A stretch of 64,000 bases of DNA, from NCBI GenBank assembly GCA_047495785.1, contig JBLDXI010000018.1:248001-312000 (forward strand). Direction: 5' to 3'. The DNA is from Lepidodermella squamata (lineage: Eukaryota > Animalia > Gastrotricha). A model generated the notes under the pieces. That model had not been told where the DNA came from. It saw nothing but the letters and a program-made list of their open reading frames with translations, and did no database searches. Both the position numbers and the translations under genes were made by a program. The stretch's first letter is position 1. Each line of letters starts with the position of its first letter. This document shows positions 58,101 through 64,000 of the stretch, piece by piece.

Positions 58101-61100
58101 TGGATTGAAATCATGCTAGACATAATTGCATGTAATTCCGAACACCTCAATCTATCTAGTTCCAAATGTTATAGAAAATGTGCGTGGAAAGTTGAAATGC
58201 TGCCGCGACTGAACGCATGTGGAACTTTGGCCTAATGTTGAAGCAAGCTTGCTTCATTTCCGGGCAGCCTCCTTGGCTCAGTTGGCTAGAGCGCCAGTCT
58301 CATAATCTGGAGGTCGTGAGTTCGATCCTCACAGGGGGCAGCTTCGATCTTTTTCGATTGAACTCAACATGTGAATAGATCTCCTCAGGAAAGAGTCGAT
58401 ACACGTCGTATGGGCCATGCGCATGGATTAGTATTCTGCGCTTTCACCGCAGCAACCCGGGTTTGAGTTTTAGGGAAGCTTTGACGTCTGCAATCAAAAG
58501 AATCCCACTTTCCAAGCAAGAATGAAAACCTCTGAAAACAGCAAGGTTCCGTAGTGTAGTGGTCATCACGTCTCCTTCACACGGAGAAGGTCGCGGGTTC
58601 GAACCCCGCCGGAACCTCGATTCAAGCTATGATTTTGGTCTGCTGATCTATCTAGATAAGCTATTCTAGAGACAGTTCGCTTCGTCTTCTACATGGGGAT
58701 GTAGCTCAGTGGTAGAGCGCTTGCTTTGCATGTAAGATGTCCCGGGTTCAAACCCCGGCATCTCCAATTTTTAAGCTTTTCAGGTCCCAGAATCTGTAAC
58801 CTCCCATGGATAATCGATAATTCTAAGTTGAAAGAAGGCGGCCCAGTGGCCTAATGGTAAGGCGTCGGCCTCCGGAGCCGGAGATTGTGGGTTCGAGTCC
58901 CATCTGGGTCGATAATTTTTATATTCCACGGATATAGCCAAAGAACAGGAATTTCAGTGTGGCATTTCTTCATCAGTTCAACCGGCTCAGTAGCTTAGTG
59001 GTAGAGCATCTGTCTTGTAAACAGAAGGTCGCGGGTTCGATCCCCGTCTGGGCCTCGGCATACCTTTTTCCAGACTGGGGCTTTTGAGCTTGACCTATCA
59101 AATGTGATGACCTCACTTCTCTGATAACCAAGGGCGACTTCAAGGCCTCCTTGGCTCAGTTGGCTAGAGCGCCAGTCTCATAATCTGGAGGTCGTGAGTT
59201 CGATCCTCACAGGGGGCAGCTACAATTTTTTTCCAGCAGCTCCCAAAATATCCGTGCCCCGTGCCCCAGATCCCAATTTTCGAACTGCACACTGAATCAA
59301 GATTAAAAGAACTCGATGTTACCGGGTATATGCACCTGTGCATTTCCATTGGTATTTTTCACGAAATTTAAAAAAGTTCATCTTGCGCCGAAATATTATT
59401 CAACTCTAATGGCTATGCTTTGCTATTTGCAGCGCGCCTTTAACGAGCTGGACCAGTCGTTCTTCGAGGACCACATCCTGATGGGCGAGTGGCGGCGCAC
59501 GGTGTTCGGCATCTGCTTCTTCCACGCCATCATCCAGGAGCGCAAGAAGTTCGGCCCGCTCGGCTGGAACATCAAGTACGAGTTCAACGACTCGGACCGC
59601 GAGTGCTGCCTGCTCAACCTGGAAATGTTCACGCGAAGCGGCGAGTGGCCGTGGGACGCGCTCGTCTACATCACCGGCGAGATCACGTACGGCGGGCGTG
59701 TCACCGACTACTGGGACCAGCGGTGCTTGCGCACGGTTTTGAGGCGATTCTTTGGACTCCACGCCCTGTCTAAAAGTTACCGTTTCTCAGAATCAGGCAA
59801 GTTTAAATTTTTCAGGAAAAATTGGATGTTGGATGAAATTTAAAATTGATGAATTTTTTTTAATTTTCTTGAATTTTAAATAATCTTGAAAATATAATTG
59901 AAAATTGAAAACGAGGCCTTCGTTTTATTGCCGATTTTTATAGGAACCTATTTCGCTCCTGAGTTCGAATCGCTTCAGCAGTACAAGGATTATATCGAAG
60001 CGTTGCCGCTTATCGACAATCCCGAAGTTTTCGGCATGCACGAAAACGCAAACATTTCATTCCAGCTGCAAGAAACCGGCGCGATGGTCAACACCATTCT
60101 TAGCGTTCAGCCACGCGTGTCCAGCGGCGAGGGTGGCAAGTCGAACGATGACATTGCCTACGAACAGGCGGATGTTATCTTGGAGAAAATACCAGCTAAA
60201 ATTGACATCGATGCGGCGAGACCTGAAATTTTCGAGGTAATTTTAGATTATTATTTGATTCAATATTTCGCGTTCAAATCGAGATCGAATTAACATCGGT
60301 AATTTTAAGTTATATTCTCACTGTTGTATCAACTTTGGCGTGAATTCACTCATATTATGATCAAATATTGATCAAACCTCTTGTTAATAAACTTCCATCG
60401 TCTTGTTTGCAAGGTTAAAAACGGTATTTGATCCAACTGTCAATTTTAATTGAACGATTATTGATTCATTTTTGATGCTATAATTTCTCAGATTCTATTT
60501 GAGGTAAGTGTACGAGCAGTTTCAACGGGTAGCCAGCTTGTTATATTTTAATAGTCAATTTAAATTTCATCATACAAATATTTCATTTTATAATCATGGA
60601 AATATGTGCAAATTTAACTAACAGCAACTTCATGACGAAGAGAAATCGCATGAATTCACTTCATCATATTTTATTTAAAAATTCAGATTAATTTGGACTC
60701 TTCTTATCTTAATTTTCGATTTTTTCAACTATTTTTAGAAAGACGATATGGACCGCCAACATTCGCTGACGACGGTACTTCTGCAAGAAGTCGAACGCTA
60801 CAACAAGCTTTTACGGCTAATTAGAGTAAGTACATCGACTTTGAAAATTTTGAAAGTCCTAATTTTATATTTTAATCTTGATTTTTAATAATATTTTTTT
60901 CGTTATTTCAGTCTTCATTGGATCAACTGAAGAAGGCCATCAAAGGTTTCGTGGTGATGTCAGAAGAGCTCGAGCGCATCTACGTGGCTTTCCTCAACAA
61001 CCAAGTGCCAGCTCGGTGGGGCGCGGCGGCGTACCCGTCGCTGAAAACGCTCGCCTCGTGGGTGAAGGACCTCGTGCTTCGCATCGATTTCATGACCAAC

Positions 61101-61862
61101 TGGGTCGTGAATGGCCAGCCGAAGTCGTTCTGGCTCAGCGGGTTCTTCTTCCCACAGGGTTTCCTAACCGGCACCCTGCAGGTCCACGCGCGCCGCTACA
61201 ACCTGCCCATCGATCACTTGAGCTTCGATTTCCACCCCGTGCCGGTTATTCGCATGCAGGCCGATGTTTCAGTGGCTATGGCTAGTCTTCAGTTTGGTCA
61301 CGTCATGGATTGCGACCAGCAGTTGCCGGATGTCAAGGACGGCGTGCTTGTCCACGGCCTTTTCATGGACGGCTTCAGGTATGATCAGAAAAATTGGCCC
61401 TAACTCACAAATTCAATTTAATTTAATTTTCTGGAACATTTTTGACATGAGGGAAACTCAAGAAAATTTTGAAAAAGTTATTTTTAAATTTTCAATTCAA
61501 ATTAGTGAGAATTAATTTAATAGAAAATTCAATAGAGTTTTCCCCTCGGTTTCTCGATCGTATCTCGATTGATGAACGTTACTTTTTATAGGTGGGACAT
61601 GGATAAGATGGTTGTAGCCGATTCGCACCACGGCGAAATGAACCCGCCGCTGCCTGTGTTTCACATGGAGCCGAAAATGGACTTCGGACCCGATGCGACC
61701 AAGTACATATCTCCGTTGTACAAAACCGGCGCCAGAGCGGGTGTTCTGTCAACAACAGGCCATTCGACCAACTTTGTCGTCGCGTTTTTCCTACCCTCGA
61801 GCAAGGAACAGGACTATTGGATCAGTAAAGGCGCTGCTCTGTTGACCCAATTAACAGACTGA
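40140..61862 (+). CDS. DNAH6: Axonemal inner-arm dynein heavy chain 6, ~21 exons
   Basis: P-loops [32 protein letters not shown]; [22 protein letters not shown]; C-terminal [14 protein letters not shown]...[10 protein letters not shown]. Confidence 0.93.
56299..56370 (-). tRNA. tRNA-Ala(TGC), inside DNAH6 intron
   Basis: Reverse complement of the Ala copies. Confidence 0.93.
56451..56523 (-). tRNA. tRNA-Val(CAC) variant with T-stem mismatch (possibly impaired)
   Basis: Three substitutions relative to the 2654 copy, one breaking pair 49:65. Confidence 0.7.
56595..56630 (-). pseudogene. tRNA-Glu remnant (other remnants ~21321-21370 minus and ~58425-58477 plus)
   Basis: GGGTTCGATTCCCGGCCAGGG...GGGAA T-arm remnant at the Glu position between Met and Val. 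Confidence 0.7.
56700..56773 (-). tRNA. tRNA-Met(CAT)
   Basis: Reverse complement of the Met copies. Confidence 0.93.
56994..57065 (-). tRNA. tRNA-Arg(CCG)
   Basis: Reverse complement of the Arg copies. Confidence 0.93.
57340..57747 (-). CDS. Orphan 8-Cys type II membrane protein, copy 3 (135 aa), nested antisense in DNAH6 intron 56058-59432
   Basis: Protein identical to copy 1; own TATA promoter and polyA signal. Confidence 0.88.
   Translation of the reverse strand: MSVIGSNNYRAKSASQSDIVSAISMPQAAPVVVYQQQQEKNKGCTRKKCFIGTALGVFFGLLVLGTIIYVVMVVESQCYRGCQRLCTDDNHCTDTCWKTCWKAQWTKCPEDGARACSYILWDKAVINIGGLFGKK
58267..58340 (+). tRNA. tRNA-Met(CAT)
   Basis: Identical to other Met copies. Confidence 0.93.
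58545..58617 (+). tRNA. tRNA-Val(CAC)
   Basis: One D-loop substitution relative to the 2654 copy; stems intact. Confidence 0.92.
58695..58766 (+). tRNA. tRNA-Ala(TGC)
   Basis: Identical to other Ala copies. Confidence 0.94.
58840..58911 (+). tRNA. tRNA-Arg(CCG)
   Basis: Identical to other Arg copies. Confidence 0.93.
58984..59055 (+). tRNA. tRNA-Thr(TGT)
   Basis: Identical to 17657-17728. Confidence 0.93.
59145..59218 (+). tRNA. tRNA-Met(CAT)
   Basis: Identical to other Met copies. Confidence 0.93.
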
Positions 61863-62705
61863 TTGAAAAAAGATTATATTGGAAAAAATCAGAAATTTTG
61901 TGTTGTTTTTGTCACATCTCAAGGTGTTTAGAACATTTAAAACAATTATTTATTTTATCCACCTTCATCCACTGTGATATCCCAGTTATATCAAAATCAG
62001 TAATATTATCATTATTATGTGAAAAATGGATTATTTTAATATAGCTTGTTATGCAGTATATATTTTATTACCATAAATTATAACAAAAAATAGCCATATT
62101 ATAATTATTGCTGTTTTGTTTACGATAACTAATAATTGGCATGTTTGACCAGCAAAATAAAAAATCGGAATGAATATTTTCGGTCATTTTTTAAGGTCAC
62201 ACTGATCGGTGAAAAAAAGCTTCCAGACTTTTCGCTCGATACAGAATTGAGTAAATAACACGTGCATTCGGCTATAAGTATATGTAATTATATGACGATG
62301 GCATATGACATCAATAAAAAATATACTGAACGAAAAATTACAGCCAGTCGCTAAATGAGGTGTGATTGTGTCGCAGCAGTCGTCCAGTCGCCAGTCAGCG
62401 CAATGTCAATTTATTCAAACTTTGGTCGGCAATAAAAAGCCTCATTATCAGCCGCGGTTTTTTCGGCGGGAAAGAGCAGATTTTTTTTCGACAGAATTTC
62501 GCCATCAATCTTCGCCTACATTTATACAATTTCTACTCAGTATGAGTATCATGTACATACCTAATTTCAGATGGGAGCATATGGTGGTTTTCCTCATTTC
62601 AGTATACTTATATTGGTATAGCATAGTCCTAGATCACTCAAGCGGAACGAGAACTATGCGTTTTTTGTACGTCTTTTCCACTTCTGGCTCTGAAAAATTC
62701 TAATA

Positions 62706-63694
62706 TATGTTAGAACACCGAGTTTTGATTCTAATCGAGAAAACGCGTAATTTTTCAGATAATCTCGAGTAAACGAAGACGAGTGAAAAACGAGCAAGCG
62801 GAACGAGGCGCAGCCGAGTGGAGCGCGAGTTTTTCACGAGACGAAGTTTACGAGAGGGAGCGTTTTCGAGATTAGGATCAAAACGAGTGATCTAACATTA
62901 TTAGAGCACGGCTTCTAATTTTCAGGGACTGAGTTACGCGAGTTTTTTCACCTCATTTTATTCACATTTCTGCTTTAAGTGAGCATCAACTAGGACCTCG
63001 CCGAACATGCCCAGCTTATCGAAATTATGACCACCTTTGAGAGCGAAGCCAATTTACTGAAATCGCTGTACCTAGCAATGCGAAATTCGTGCCAGTTTTG
63101 CAACGCTCGCATTATTGCATTATTGCTAACACTGGTGTGTGCGTGTTTTATTGAGGGTAATAATTTTGCACTCGCCGCACGAAGAATGAGTCACTCGCTT
63201 GGCGATACTACGTTAAATAAACAGCAGGCAGAAAAGTGGCTTAAAGTGGAAAAGTGGAAAACGTTGAAACTCGTCTCCGCACTCGTTACACTCGGCTGCG
63301 CCTCGTTCCACTCTTGCTTCGACTCGTTTCAACGTCTCATCCAGGCTCGCTTCACTCGCCTTTCACTACTTGACTCGGCTTCGCCTCGTTTTATTTTAAA
63401 GGCATCGCTGCGCTCGCCTTTAGTAACCTCGGCTATCGCCTCGGTTATTAACAGCGTTTTGTGTGTGCAATAAAAATGAGAAATTATTGCTGTGCGTAAA
63501 AATGCGTTGCTGTTTTATGAATGAGTAATTACGCGCAATAAAAAAACGTGCGTGTTCTAATTCGCTAATTAGAACAACGCACGTGTTCTAAGTGAATTAG
63601 AAATGCGAATTAGAAAATCGCACGCGTTCTAAGTGAAAAACTCAAAATTAGAAATCGTGCGATTTGCATTGTAAAATTAGAAGCAGTGCTCTAA
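62706..63694. mobile_element. Non-autonomous repeat with nested inverted repeats (Crypton-like or MITE; family uncertain)
   Basis: TTAGAGCAC(G/T)GCTTCTAATTTT inverted at 62901-62922 and 63673-63694. GGAACGAGGCGCAGCCGAGTG at 62800-62820 inverted at 63289-63309. Imperfect hairpin 62709-62896; recurrent CTCGGCTTCGCCTCG-type motifs. Confidence 0.6.
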
Positions 63695-64000
63695 TTTGCT
63701 AGTTCTCTCTAAATAACTGCTGTTTTGTCTCAATTATTGTATTGGGTCTGTGTTGTAGATGTTTATTACACTTAATTGCTAATGAGGTGTTTCGAGTAGA
63801 TGCGCGCATGAAACAAGTGTCGATGCTATCATCATCATCATCATTCATCATTCAGCCAATGTTACAACAATAGAAACGCTTGTAATTTATTCATAGCTTT
63901 TGTTACAGCTATATAAACGCACAGATTATTATTCATACATTGTTATAAATTGTAGGTAGGTGTATTTGCGTTTGTAAACGCGGGCGACCTGTGAGAGAAC

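Overview
This is eukaryotic DNA from a compact, intron-containing invertebrate genome (many introns about 50-60 bp, AT-rich). Recognisable housekeeping and ciliary genes are RPL13A, a WWOX-like SDR, FGFR1OP2/SIKE, a CYP2-clan P450, PPIL6, ornithine decarboxylase antizyme (+1 frameshift plus pseudoknot), COX17 (missed by the ORF track), an ADP/ATP translocase, a HIT-family protein, LARGE and a 22-kb DNAH6. An intronless 1243-aa P-loop GTPase/coiled-coil gene looks foreign. The most striking structure is four related tRNA arrays at 2.6-4.6, 16.4-18.2, 20.6-23.4 and 56.3-59.2 kb. They hold 26 full-length tRNA genes plus pseudogenes, all built from one Arg-Thr-Met-Glu-Val-Ala unit. Three arrays carry the same unrecognised intronless gene: a type II membrane protein with an 8-Cys domain and a conserved TATA/AP-1 promoter. 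One copy sits antisense inside a DNAH6 intron, between divergent tRNA arms. A second copy carries a piece of that DNAH6 intron/exon junction, and the breakpoints lie in tRNA genes and contain short templated patchworks. I infer a tRNA-array-mediated gene duplication/mobilisation system with no transposase in the window. All coordinates were read by eye; family calls come from motif recognition, not database searches.
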